A stretch of DNA of 48,674 bases, from NCBI GenBank assembly GCA_030679115.1, contig JAUXTS010000047.1, positions 1 through 48,674 of the forward strand. Direction: 5' to 3'. Positions 9,783 through 18,927 of the stretch are shown one piece after another; position 1 is the first letter of the stretch; each line of letters opens with the position of its first letter. The notes under the pieces are model-generated. The model did not search any database, was not told where the DNA came from, and saw only the letters and a list, made by a program, of their open reading frames with translations. The position numbers and the translations under genes were made by a program. The stretch is from an archaeon. Its GTDB lineage: Archaea > Nanobdellota > Nanobdellia > Pacearchaeales > GW2011-AR1.

Positions 9783-11972
9783 CTACTGATTCTCCGCAAG
9801 TCCTTTTCTCTGCCTGATTGTTCTTACAACATTTGGCTGCAAATCATTAGGTATTTTCTGGAAATTCTGATCCATCAAAGAAGAAATTCCTCTGCCTTCT
9901 GTCGCACTTCTCAAATCGTTGCTCCATCCAATCATTTCAGCAACTGGAATCTTTGCTTTAATCATCGTATCATTTCCTTCCTGCTGAACATCAATTAAAA
10001 CTCCTCTTTTGCTTCCAACTAATTGTGTTACAGTTCCCATAAATTCAATTGGAGCTTCAATCAAATGAGTTTGTATCGGCTCAAGCATTACTGCTCCAGC
10101 TTTTTTCATAGCTTCATACATTCCAAGTCTTAAAGCAGGATAAATTTGAGCAGGCCCCCTGTGCATGTGGTCAACGTGCAATTTTGCATCAAGTAATATT
10201 AATTTAGTTTTCATCATTGGCTCTTTGGATAAAGGTCCGCCATCGATAACCATTCTCCATCCTTCAAGTATGGATTCTATTGCTTCAGGAAGCAGAACTA
10301 GTCCTCTCGTTCTGTCTTCAAAAACATTTCCTTTGTAAATTTCCAAATATTGTCTTGCTTCATCATTTGAAAGCCCCAATTCATTAAGTTTCTTCCATAT
10401 ATCTTCAGCTTTTTTCTTTAATCTTAATTCAGGAAGCTCTCCTCTTTCAATTGCATTATAAACTTCATCTTCCAATGGTTCAATAGAAAAGAAGAATATG
10501 TTGTGTCCATTAGGAGTTCTTATTTCAGTTTTTCCGCTTTCTTTTGAAACACTTTCCCTATAAACTACAATAGGATTACCCATCTTTACTTCCAATCCCT
10601 TTTCAGTCTTGATTCTTCCTTCAATAATTTCCAAATGCAGTTCTCCCATTCCAGACATTAAATTTTCTCCAGTTTCTTCATTAATTTCAATCTTGATGCT
10701 TGGATCTTCTTTACCAACTTTTCTCAAAACTTCAATAAGTTTTGGCAAATCTGCAGATTTTGTAACTTCAATAGATTTTGTAATAACTGGCTGGAATATA
10801 TGTTTTATTTCTTCAAAGGAGGTTTGGGGGTTTTCAGTAATTGTATCTCCAACATCTACATTCAATCCTGAAATTGCAAGAACATTTCCGCACGGAACGC
10901 TATTTAATTGTTCTGGTTTTATGCCATTATAAACTAAAACCTGCTGAACTCTGTATTTCTTTTTTGCGTTGTTTGCATAAACTTCCATTCCATTTTCTAT
11001 TGTTCCAGAATATAATCTCCCGGCAGAAATTTCCTTTCCCGAACGCGGATCAATTACGATTCTTGTAATTACAAATCCTACTTCACCATCTTTATTGCAA
11101 TTCAATAAGTCCTTTCCGAACTGGCTGTCAGAGTCTCCTCTCCATATCTTTGGAATTCTGTATTTCTGTGCTTCTAATGGATTTGGAAGATGTTTTACAG
11201 CCATATCAAGAACAACTTCATACAAAGGAGCATTTGCCCAAACCCATTTCTTTCTTTCGGCTTCTTCCATATCATAAAGTTTATAGACATCTTTGAATGT
11301 GACATTTTTCTTTTTCATGAACGGCAATGATAATGCCCAATTCTCTCTCGCACTCCCAAAAGCAACGCTTCCATCCATAACATTAACCTTCCACTTTTCC
11401 TTGAATTCGGGCTCTGCAATCTGCATAATTAAATTATTAAAATCAGCAATTAATGTCATGAACCTTTCCTGCATCTCTTCTGGAGTTACTTTCAATTCCT
11501 TTATCAGTCTGTCAACTTTATTGATAAACAAAACTGGCTTTACTCTTTCTCTTAATGCCTGTTTCAATACAGTTTCAGTCTGCGGCATTATTCCTTCAAC
11601 TGCGCATACAAGAACGAACGTGCCGTCAATTGCCCTCATAGCTCTTGTAACGTTTCCGCCGAAGTCAACGTGTCCTGGCGTGTCAATAAGATTAATCAAA
11701 TATTCCTTGTCCTGATATGAGTGGCCCATAGATACGTTTGCAGCATCTACAGTCATCAATCTTTCCTGCTCGTCGCCATGCTGCCAAGTAGTCATTCCTT
11801 CATCAAGGCTTCCCGCAATCTTTGCTGACATTAATCCTGCAGCTGCAAGAAGATTATCTGTGAACGCCGTTTTGCCGTGATGTATGTGTGCGCTCGTCGC
11901 TACGTTTCTTATGTTTTCTCTCGTGTTCGTTAATCTTTCGATTTTTTGCAAACTTGCTTCTTTATCTACCAT
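9783..11972 (-). CDS. fusA: Translation elongation factor 2 (aEF2)
   Basis: DTPGHVDF, NKVD, GMGELHLE, HRGPAQ diphthamide loop, LRSATEG. Confidence 0.97.
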   Translation of the reverse strand: MVDKEASLQKIERLTNTRENIRNVATSAHIHHGKTAFTDNLLAAAGLMSAKIAGSLDEGMTTWQHGDEQERLMTVDAANVSMGHSYQDKEYLINLIDTPGHVDFGGNVTRAMRAIDGTFVLVCAVEGIMPQTETVLKQALRERVKPVLFINKVDRLIKELKVTPEEMQERFMTLIADFNNLIMQIAEPEFKEKWKVNVMDGSVAFGSARENWALSLPFMKKKNVTFKDVYKLYDMEEAERKKWVWANAPLYEVVLDMAVKHLPNPLEAQKYRIPKIWRGDSDSQFGKDLLNCNKDGEVGFVITRIVIDPRSGKEISAGRLYSGTIENGMEVYANNAKKKYRVQQVLVYNGIKPEQLNSVPCGNVLAISGLNVDVGDTITENPQTSFEEIKHIFQPVITKSIEVTKSADLPKLIEVLRKVGKEDPSIKIEINEETGENLMSGMGELHLEIIEGRIKTEKGLEVKMGNPIVVYRESVSKESGKTEIRTPNGHNIFFFSIEPLEDEVYNAIERGELPELRLKKKAEDIWKKLNELGLSNDEARQYLEIYKGNVFEDRTRGLVLLPEAIESILEGWRMVIDGGPLSKEPMMKTKLILLDAKLHVDHMHRGPAQIYPALRLGMYEAMKKAGAVMLEPIQTHLIEAPIEFMGTVTQLVGSKRGVLIDVQQEGNDTMIKAKIPVAEMIGWSNDLRSATEGRGISSLMDQNFQKIPNDLQPNVVRTIRQRKGLAENQ

Positions 11973-12041
11973 ATAATAAAATACTCAATCAACTTCTGTC
12001 TCTTGAGAATAAATCGTTATACAAAAATCGGTTTTTAAATC

Positions 12042-12143
12042 TTTAGCTAGTTAAAGCTAAAAGAGATAAAGATTACAATGTAATCTTTAGAACTTCCGCA
12101 TATATAATGCGGAATGGACTAAGAATTTTTATAAAAATTCTTA
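12042..12143. repeat. Four-hairpin element, copy A (family 1), upstream of the EF-2 promoter
   Basis: TTTAGCT/AGCTAAA; TAAAGATTAC/GTAATCTTTA; GAAC; TTCCGCAT/ATGCGGAA; TGGAC; TAAGAATTTT/AAAATTCTTA. Confidence 0.85.
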
Positions 12144-12203
12144 AGATTTAGCTTTTCAGACAAAACAAAACTTTTTATATAGGTATTCATTGATTTATTT
12201 ATA

Positions 12204-13259
12204 ATGAAAAATAAGGAGATAGTTTTTATTTTATTAGGAATGTTATTGGTTTTAGCATTAGTCTCAGCCCAGGAGCAAACTCAGACTTATTCGGGATTTG
12301 ACAGATTTACAGACAATGCTAAAATGTTCTTTTCTTTCGGAGATAAAAAAGTAAATTTAGCATTAGATATTAGAGAGAAAGAATTGAACTCCGCGATTGT
12401 AAATACAAAAGAAGGAGATAATGAAGCTATGTCTGATAATCTTAAAAATGCATGGAAGAAACTTCAAATTATTCAGGAGAAAGTTTCCTTGAATGTCGCA
12501 GATGAAGTTATAAGCAGTTCTTCTCAGATTAGGGAGAGAATATCCAAAGAAGAGAATTTACCAAAAGATTTTAATGTTTACTCTTTAGAAGAAGAGAAAA
12601 CAGGACTTACTGCAGAATGGGTTATAGAATCTAACAGCAAAGAAGAGCAAACATCAACTGGAGAACTTCAATATAAGAATGACGAGATAGATAAAGAAAT
12701 TGATGAGATAGAAAATAAGATTGACGAGATAGAAAATAAGATTGACGAGATAGATAATGAAATTGCAGAGTGGGTTGTAGATAATGATGTTGGGGTGGGA
12801 AAAGATAATGGTTTAAATTGGGAAGTTAAAACTGAAATTGCTAAAGGTGACAATGGTTTGAAACCAGAAGTAAAAACCTATGTTGCAGGGGATGGAACTG
12901 AAAAGAATGAGCCTATTCCTAAACCTGATTTAACTAAGTTTAATCCTGCTTTATACGACCCTAATGCAAGAGCTCCGGGAGATACAATTGACGAAACTTA
13001 TGATGACGAGATTGTTAATGTGGATAAGGGAGGAGGCTATGCTGAAGGAACAACCGCAGAGGGTATCGGGGGAGAAGTAGGAACAGAGGGAATTAATGAA
13101 ATTGGTACAGCCGTAGATTCTAACGAAGGAGACGAAGAAAGTTCTCCAGATGGAGATAGTTCTCCAGATGGAGATAGTGGAATAACGGGAGAAGTTATAA
13201 ATTCTGGAGATAAAGAATCATTTTTAAGAAGAATTCTTAGAGGTATATTCGGAAAATGA
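12204..13259 (+). CDS. Secreted acidic surface protein (DUF5667-like N-terminus) with tandem repeats
   Basis: Signal peptide; 21-nt heptad repeats (IDEIENK) at about 12680-12765; 18-nt duplication (SSPDGD) at about 13140-13175; ITGEVI and an amphipathic C-terminus. The DUF5667 resemblance is from memory. Confidence 0.75.
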   Translation: MKNKEIVFILLGMLLVLALVSAQEQTQTYSGFDRFTDNAKMFFSFGDKKVNLALDIREKELNSAIVNTKEGDNEAMSDNLKNAWKKLQIIQEKVSLNVADEVISSSSQIRERISKEENLPKDFNVYSLEEEKTGLTAEWVIESNSKEEQTSTGELQYKNDEIDKEIDEIENKIDEIENKIDEIDNEIAEWVVDNDVGVGKDNGLNWEVKTEIAKGDNGLKPEVKTYVAGDGTEKNEPIPKPDLTKFNPALYDPNARAPGDTIDETYDDEIVNVDKGGGYAEGTTAEGIGGEVGTEGINEIGTAVDSNEGDEESSPDGDSSPDGDSGITGEVINSGDKESFLRRILRGIFGK

Positions 13260-13942
13260 AAAAACCAGAAACAGAACATATAAAAGAAATTGGCGTTTGG
13301 AATGTAATTTGTTGGATATCTATAGGTTTAGCAGTATTATTTTCTATTTTTTCCACAGTTGTAACAATTAAAGCAGGACAGATATTTGTAGGGCTCCTTT
13401 TTTTAATCCCTGGAATTTTTGCAGCTATTCCAAAAAAATATCTTAGAATTAGCAGACCCTTAAAAGTAATTATATTTATTTTTGTTTATTTCATCCTTAT
13501 AATAATTAGCGGGATGAATGCCCCGAAACTGGAACAGAAATATGAATATTATAATTTAGGGGATTCATTTAATTTAACTTATGGAGAAGAAGTCTTCTCA
13601 ATGAAAATAAACGATATCAATAAAGAGACCAAAGTAATGATTAATGACGGACAAAATATCACTACTTCAGGATTTTATCTTATTGTAAATGGGGGAATAA
13701 CAAATTTAGGGAAAATTACATATCACAATACAAATCTATTCAATATAAAATTCATTTCAGAATTAAAAGATAACCAAGATAATATATATACTATTTTTGG
13801 AACAAATACTAGAGTTGATGGTTTTCAGCCAAATCTGGAAAAACAATTTTATGATATTTTTGAAATATCAAAACAAGCTTCAGGATTAAAGTTTCTTATC
13901 AAAGACAAAACAGAAGTCATTAAGGTTGTAAGTTTAGAATGA
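13256..13942 (+). CDS. Membrane protein with a C-terminal DUF4352-like beta domain
   Basis: Three TM helices followed by ITNLGK...ELKDNQDNIY...FQPN...FEI pattern; ATGA overlap with the upstream gene. Confidence 0.65.
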   Translation: MKKPETEHIKEIGVWNVICWISIGLAVLFSIFSTVVTIKAGQIFVGLLFLIPGIFAAIPKKYLRISRPLKVIIFIFVYFILIIISGMNAPKLEQKYEYYNLGDSFNLTYGEEVFSMKINDINKETKVMINDGQNITTSGFYLIVNGGITNLGKITYHNTNLFNIKFISELKDNQDNIYTIFGTNTRVDGFQPNLEKQFYDIFEISKQASGLKFLIKDKTEVIKVVSLE

Positions 13943-14907
13943 AAAAAGGTTTAATTGTTATAGGAATTGTAATACTGATATTGGGGATTGGAGGATATTA
14001 TTTTATGAATGAAGAAAAAGATTCTAATGAACTTCAAAAGGATAATAATATTGATATAAAAATTTCTTGCCCAGATTATGATAATAATCAAACCGAATGT
14101 TCATTGCATTTAGAATGTGAATGGATTTCAGAAGAAAACATTTGCAATTCACTTAGTGGAGATGAAGGGGAAGAAAAAATTAATTCTGGATTAGAAGCAA
14201 TTGAAATTCAAAATACTCCTTCAAATGAATTATGTAGAAAAATTCCTTTATCAAGCCAGTTTCCTTATGGCGAAAGATATCTATGTTTAGCTATAGTAAA
14301 TCATAATGAAAGATTTTGTGAAGGAGTAGAAGAAGAAAACGAAAATAACATGTGTTTAGCATATGCAAAAAAAGATTCTTCTTATTGCAAACAAATCCAA
14401 GAAGATTCAGCTAAACATGTATGTTATTATCAACTTGCCGTATCAAGTAAAAATGCCTCTTTCTGTAGCGAAATTGATTATTCTCAGAATGAGAAAGAGC
14501 AGTGTTATTTTAATTTCATGAGCAATTTATATCAATGGGGCAAATCTAATGAAATAAAGACAGAATATTGCAATCAATTAGATACTCCAGATAAAAATAC
14601 TTGCCTCGCATTAAAAGCAAAAGATATTTCTCTTTGTGGGGATAATCTTAATTGTTTAACTTTTTTCACTCAAGATTTATCTTTCTGTGAAAAATTTTCA
14701 GAAAAAACTACTTGTATAAAAGATAGAGCAAAAACAGGCAAAAATGTATCTATCTGTGAATTATTATCTCAACCAGACAGAGATATCTGTATTGGGGCTT
14801 ATTGCACACATACAGAACTCAATGTGAACATATGCGATACAATAACGGGCATAAAAGAAAGACAAGAAAGGTATATCGAGTTAGCAATGAATTTAGCTAA
14901 TTGGTAA
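13939..14907 (+). CDS. Membrane-anchored Cys-rich repeat surface protein
   Basis: N-terminal TM and repeated C-x-x-x-A...C-x-x-I...C units; ATGA overlap. Confidence 0.8.
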   Translation: MKKGLIVIGIVILILGIGGYYFMNEEKDSNELQKDNNIDIKISCPDYDNNQTECSLHLECEWISEENICNSLSGDEGEEKINSGLEAIEIQNTPSNELCRKIPLSSQFPYGERYLCLAIVNHNERFCEGVEEENENNMCLAYAKKDSSYCKQIQEDSAKHVCYYQLAVSSKNASFCSEIDYSQNEKEQCYFNFMSNLYQWGKSNEIKTEYCNQLDTPDKNTCLALKAKDISLCGDNLNCLTFFTQDLSFCEKFSEKTTCIKDRAKTGKNVSICELLSQPDRDICIGAYCTHTELNVNICDTITGIKERQERYIELAMNLANW

Positions 14908-15073
14908 ATTTTGCAATTCTTTCTTCAAAAATTTCTACAAAGGAATTTTTAGCATATTCAAATTTAAAATCCTTCGCTTCAACGCCATAATCTGGAGTTC
15001 TATATCTCGGAAGATACTCATCTCTCTGTCTTTTTGCGTTATTGTTAAGCCCATTTAATCTTTTTATTTTCAT
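14897..15073 (-). CDS. Small hypothetical protein
   Basis: ATG at 15073 overlaps the TGA of the upstream gene (ATGA). Confidence 0.5.
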   Translation of the reverse strand: MKIKRLNGLNNNAKRQRDEYLPRYRTPDYGVEAKDFKFEYAKNSFVEIFEERIAKFTN

Positions 15074-15522
15074 TTTATATTGCTTCCACAGGCGCAATTA
15101 TCTTGATAATGCATTGTTTTTCTTTTACCTTCATATTCAAATAATATCTCAAATTTTTTTCTTCTTGATTTTTCAGCATCTTTATTCACACCAAGGTTTA
15201 TCATATATTGATTAAATATTTCCAATGGGACGCCATAATGTTCAGCCATTGCTACATCATTTCCTCTGAATACTTTAAGCATAGTTTCAGCGGCATATCT
15301 AACATCTTCTCTTCTTGATTTATTGTGAAAAAATATCCTCAAAATTCCGTCTGCGTTGCCATGTTTTTTTGCACCGCCCCTAAAAACTTCAGAATTTTCA
15401 CTTATATCATCAAGTACAAGTCCAAGTAATTTTCTTTTTATTTTTATGCTTGCTCTGGGATCGTTCATAACTTCCTCTATTTCTTTCAGCAATTTGCAAT
15501 ATTTATCATCATTTTCTTCCAT
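15070..15522 (-). CDS. Hypothetical protein
   Basis: Probable start MEENDD at 15522, downstream of AAAGATTTATAAA. Confidence 0.65.
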   Translation of the reverse strand: MEENDDKYCKLLKEIEEVMNDPRASIKIKRKLLGLVLDDISENSEVFRGGAKKHGNADGILRIFFHNKSRREDVRYAAETMLKVFRGNDVAMAEHYGVPLEIFNQYMINLGVNKDAEKSRRKKFEILFEYEGKRKTMHYQDNCACGSNIK

Positions 15523-15613
15523 GAACACTCTTAAATTTGCGGTTTTATAAATCTTTCTAAATGTAACTACTAAAAAGAGACTATACAATAGAAACATTTA
15601 AATAATCTATTTC

Positions 15614-16075
15614 ATGAAGATAACTATGGAAAAAACATCTATTCAAAGACAAATTGAGAAAGCCGTAACTTCTGGAAGAGGCTATGATAGAAGAAACACA
15701 GCAAGAATTCCTTTTAATTTAGAAGATAGCGAAATTGGAGTTCAAACCGCATTAGCAAATATGGATGTATGTGACTGGAAGATGGATATGCACGAAACTA
15801 TAGAATTTGGTTCAAGACTAAATGCTTTACTGGGAAAATTTAAACGTGCAGCAATTCCATTAGAAGTTATAACTGATGCTAATGGATTTAGAGTTGCAAT
15901 GATGTCCGTTCATAATTATGAAGAAGAATTCAATCCAGTTATAACACAAGATAAATTACCTCCTGAATATATTATAAGGGATTATTCTTTAAGGGGTTCT
16001 TCTTTAAGGGGTTCTTCTTTAAGGAATACTCCTACTTATCAAATCCAAGACATTTTACAATTCCAAGTTCTTTAA
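15614..16075 (+). CDS. Hypothetical protein, possibly frameshifted near its 3' end
   Basis: TATA upstream; 15-nt tandem repeat (SLRGS) at about 15985-16024; an alternative frame stays open to 16176. Confidence 0.6.
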   Translation: MKITMEKTSIQRQIEKAVTSGRGYDRRNTARIPFNLEDSEIGVQTALANMDVCDWKMDMHETIEFGSRLNALLGKFKRAAIPLEVITDANGFRVAMMSVHNYEEEFNPVITQDKLPPEYIIRDYSLRGSSLRGSSLRNTPTYQIQDILQFQVL

Positions 16076-16229
16076 AGATAATCCCAGATAATTTAGAAAT
16101 AATCCTAAGTTCTCCTGAAGAATTAATTAAAGAAGGTTCTTGGTTCTTTAAAACAAGACATTATTCTAAAAGATAAATAAAATTTTAGGTAATTATATAA
16201 GTTAAAATTAATTTAAGAAGATAACAGAA

Positions 16230-16421
16230 TTATCTAACTAAATAACTTACTGCACTACAAGTTCCCAAAATTAAACCAACATTATAAGCAGTCACAAAAA
16301 ACATATACAGTGCATTCCTAGTGCATAAGCTTTCAAATTCCATATCAGTTATGTCCCCATTTCTGGACTTTAAGCTAAATTCTTCCCTCTCTTTTTTAGC
16401 CTTCTCATCTACGTTAAACAT
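16230..16421 (-). CDS. Small membrane protein (5' end uncertain)
   Basis: C-terminal hydrophobic helix; an upstream ATG at 16461 (MRKELSDLV) is out of frame, so a frameshift is possible. Confidence 0.5.
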   Translation of the reverse strand: MFNVDEKAKKEREEFSLKSRNGDITDMEFESLCTRNALYMFFVTAYNVGLILGTCSAVSYLVR

Positions 16422-16519
16422 TCCTGCAACAGGGAACTAAATCGCTTAATTCCTTTCTCATATTGTTATTTTTATTAATCAAGATATTTAAGCATTTATA
16501 TTATTCAGGATTATCAATT

Positions 16520-16885
16520 TTATTCTTGATGAAATTCTGGAATTTCGGTAATATCTAATCTTATTCTTTTAGAATTACAACTATAAAACTCTCCCCAAAC
16601 CTTTTCTTTCAAATAATCTAAAATATCTCCTAAGGGGGCATGTCCGACATTACATTCTTTATAATTTCGTAATCTTTTTACAAGTCCAGTTTCTTTCCAA
16701 AATTCTACACTATCTGGTAATTTTTCTGTTCTATTTTTCAATGCTTGATATTCTTTAATCATATCAATAGGAAGTTGTAAAAGAATATATGCAGCGTCAG
16801 AAACTGCGTCATTAATCGGAATAAAATCTGTATCTTCAACTTCAATTTGTTCAAAATATTTTTCAACTAATTCAGAAATTTCCAT
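16520..16885 (-). CDS. Hypothetical protein
   Basis: Probable start MEISEL at 16885 after its own TATA. Confidence 0.6.
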   Translation of the reverse strand: MEISELVEKYFEQIEVEDTDFIPINDAVSDAAYILLQLPIDMIKEYQALKNRTEKLPDSVEFWKETGLVKRLRNYKECNVGHAPLGDILDYLKEKVWGEFYSCNSKRIRLDITEIPEFHQE

Positions 16886-16940
16886 AACAAAAAAGATTAT
16901 AAGATAGTTTAAAAATTCTACTTTATATGATTCTGCAAAA

Positions 16941-17552
16941 TTATCTGGCAGAATCTGCCTGTTTCTCGCCCTCATTCTTTTTAACCATTGCATAGCTGTC
17001 CATGCTTCCGTTTGATGCGAGAATTATTTCATTGGCGAGAGTATCAGCCATTTTCTTTTTCTTTCCAAAAGCTTTTGCATAAGCTCCCTGAACAAACCAC
17101 CTCAATGCAAGATTTATTCTTCTCATTGGACTACAGTCAACTGCCTGTGGATATCTTGAACCCGCATGCTCAATAACGGTAATTTCATCTCTTGGACTTC
17201 CATTCTCTATAGCTGTAATTAAAACCTGAACTGGATTTTTCTTTGTTCTTTCTTCAATAATTTTTAAAGATTCAAGCACAGTCCCCATATTCTTGGTGAA
17301 CTTTCCAGAACTCCACGATGTAATTATCTTATGCTTCTTTCCCATATGTCCAGGAACTCCAACATGATTTGCCAATCTTTCAACGACATTAACTTTAACA
17401 ATTGAAAACTTTCCTTTTATTCTTCCGTGAGACTTCAAAAGTAATCTTGGAGTAAGATTAATATAAGGTTTCAAAGCAGGGTCTTTTATTTCTATTTCAG
17501 ATAAACTATATAAATCAAATATCTTGAATTTTTCTTCTTGTTTTTGTTCCAT
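16941..17552 (-). CDS. rps7: 30S ribosomal protein S7 (uS7)
   Basis: VERLAN, NPVQVL..AIEN..PRDE, AVDCSPMRR, LANEII.A; start set at MEQK just after the upstream stop. Confidence 0.95.
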   Translation of the reverse strand: MEQKQEEKFKIFDLYSLSEIEIKDPALKPYINLTPRLLLKSHGRIKGKFSIVKVNVVERLANHVGVPGHMGKKHKIITSWSSGKFTKNMGTVLESLKIIEERTKKNPVQVLITAIENGSPRDEITVIEHAGSRYPQAVDCSPMRRINLALRWFVQGAYAKAFGKKKKMADTLANEIILASNGSMDSYAMVKKNEGEKQADSAR

Positions 17553-17553
17553 T

Positions 17554-17865
17554 TTAGTTATCCTCTCCTCTTTCAAGTTGATAATTATGCGTTTGCAATA
17601 CCACGTTCAATCTTTCAGCTTCGGAATGTTCAGAACCATCCCATGTTGGTTGTAATCTACAATGATATCCCTCATTATTTTTTTTCGCAACTAAAAATAC
17701 ACTGCTCTTTCCTGCTCTGTGAAATACATCATAAACTCTGACAATTCTATTTCCTTCTTCATCTTCATGTCCAATATCAAATTCTGCGCTTCCTTCTTCT
17801 CCTCCAAGTATATCTGTAAGTCTGTCAATCTGTTCTTTTGTTGCATAAAATTTTACTTCTTTCAT
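17554..17865 (-). CDS. Hypothetical protein inserted between rps12 and rps7
   Basis: 103-aa ORF whose stop lies 1 nt before the rps7 ATG. Confidence 0.7.
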   Translation of the reverse strand: MKEVKFYATKEQIDRLTDILGGEEGSAEFDIGHEDEEGNRIVRVYDVFHRAGKSSVFLVAKKNNEGYHCRLQPTWDGSEHSEAERLNVVLQTHNYQLERGEDN

Positions 17866-17923
17866 ATTAATTATGTGAAGGAATACCTCTTATTCCGAAC
17901 ATTTGAAAAAACAAGTTTTTTCA

Positions 17924-18346
17924 TTATCTTCTACCCTTCTCTATCTTGCCCTTCCACAAAAGTCTAAGTGGCTGGTCATTCACTTTAATTACTTGGAATC
18001 TGATTCCGGGAATATCTCCCTTTTGTCTTCCGCTTCTTCCGCCGATTCGCTCAATTATAACTTCATCGTGTTCATCTACAAATTTCTGTGCAAGATTTCC
18101 TGGAATGAATGCTCCGACAGAAATTCCATTTTTAATCAATTGAACTTTACAGCACTTTCTCATTGCAGAGTTTGGCTGTCTCGCTTCTTTTTGCATTTTG
18201 CTAATGACTATTCCTTTTGCCTGTGCACATCCTTTAAGAGGGTCTACTTTCTTCCAAATTCCAAGTGTTCTTTTCTTGAAAGCCTTCTGGCTCCATCTAT
18301 ATTTTTTCCTAGATTTCAAAAATTTTCTCGCATTCATTAAACCCAT
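17924..18346 (-). CDS. rps12: 30S ribosomal protein S12 (uS12)
   Basis: QPNSAMRKC.KVQLIKNG, DEHDEV, GDIPG. Confidence 0.97.
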   Translation of the reverse strand: MGLMNARKFLKSRKKYRWSQKAFKKRTLGIWKKVDPLKGCAQAKGIVISKMQKEARQPNSAMRKCCKVQLIKNGISVGAFIPGNLAQKFVDEHDEVIIERIGGRSGRQKGDIPGIRFQVIKVNDQPLRLLWKGKIEKGRR

Positions 18347-18375
18347 ATTCTATCCTGATTATTTTGCTTTAAAAA

Positions 18376-18474
18376 CCTTTAGCTCGTAAGAGCTAGAGGA
18401 ATAAAGATTATTTTGTAATCTTTAGAACTTCCGTATACGTTTATACGGAACGTATCAGAGATTAAAATCTCTGA
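18376..18474. repeat. Four-hairpin element, copy B (family 1), upstream of the rps12 promoter
   Basis: CCTTTAGCTC-GTAA-GAGCTAGAGG; TAAAGATTA/TAATCTTTA; GAAC; TTCCGTATA/TATACGGAA; CGTA; TCAGAGATT/AATCTCTGA. Confidence 0.85.
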
Positions 18475-18491
18475 GCCTTATTAATACCATT

Positions 18492-18908
18492 TTATACAAT
18501 TTTTAATTCAATCCCGAAAGTATCTTTTACAATCTGGCTCAATTCTTCAAGTCTTTTCTTATTTCTTCCAAACAAAGATGCTTTTACTTGAGTGCTTCCA
18601 GATGTTATGACTGCTCCCTCTGGTGTAACCTCAAGAGATTTGAATCTTATTGGGGCAACAATATCATCTACAAATCTTTGTATATCTCCCAATCCCTCTG
18701 CTTCGCTTATTATTCTTATTTTCTTGCCGAGTTTTTCCTGTAATTCTCTTATATGCAATGCATTTGGTCCAATCGCTCGTGAAACCATGCTTCTTGGAAC
18801 TGCAAAAATAATTGCATTATTATAAATAAAACATTTGCTTGTTCTGACTCTTGAAGCCTTGTCTAATAGATTGATATACCTTATTGTTTGCATATTGATA
18901 GTTGACAT
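18492..18908 (-). CDS. nusA: Archaeal NusA (KH domains)
   Basis: AIGPN, LGKKIRII and LFGRN KH motifs; canonical position between rpoA and rps12. Confidence 0.9.
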   Translation of the reverse strand: MSTINMQTIRYINLLDKASRVRTSKCFIYNNAIIFAVPRSMVSRAIGPNALHIRELQEKLGKKIRIISEAEGLGDIQRFVDDIVAPIRFKSLEVTPEGAVITSGSTQVKASLFGRNKKRLEELSQIVKDTFGIELKIV

Positions 18909-18927
18909 GTTCTATTGGTGAATGCGA

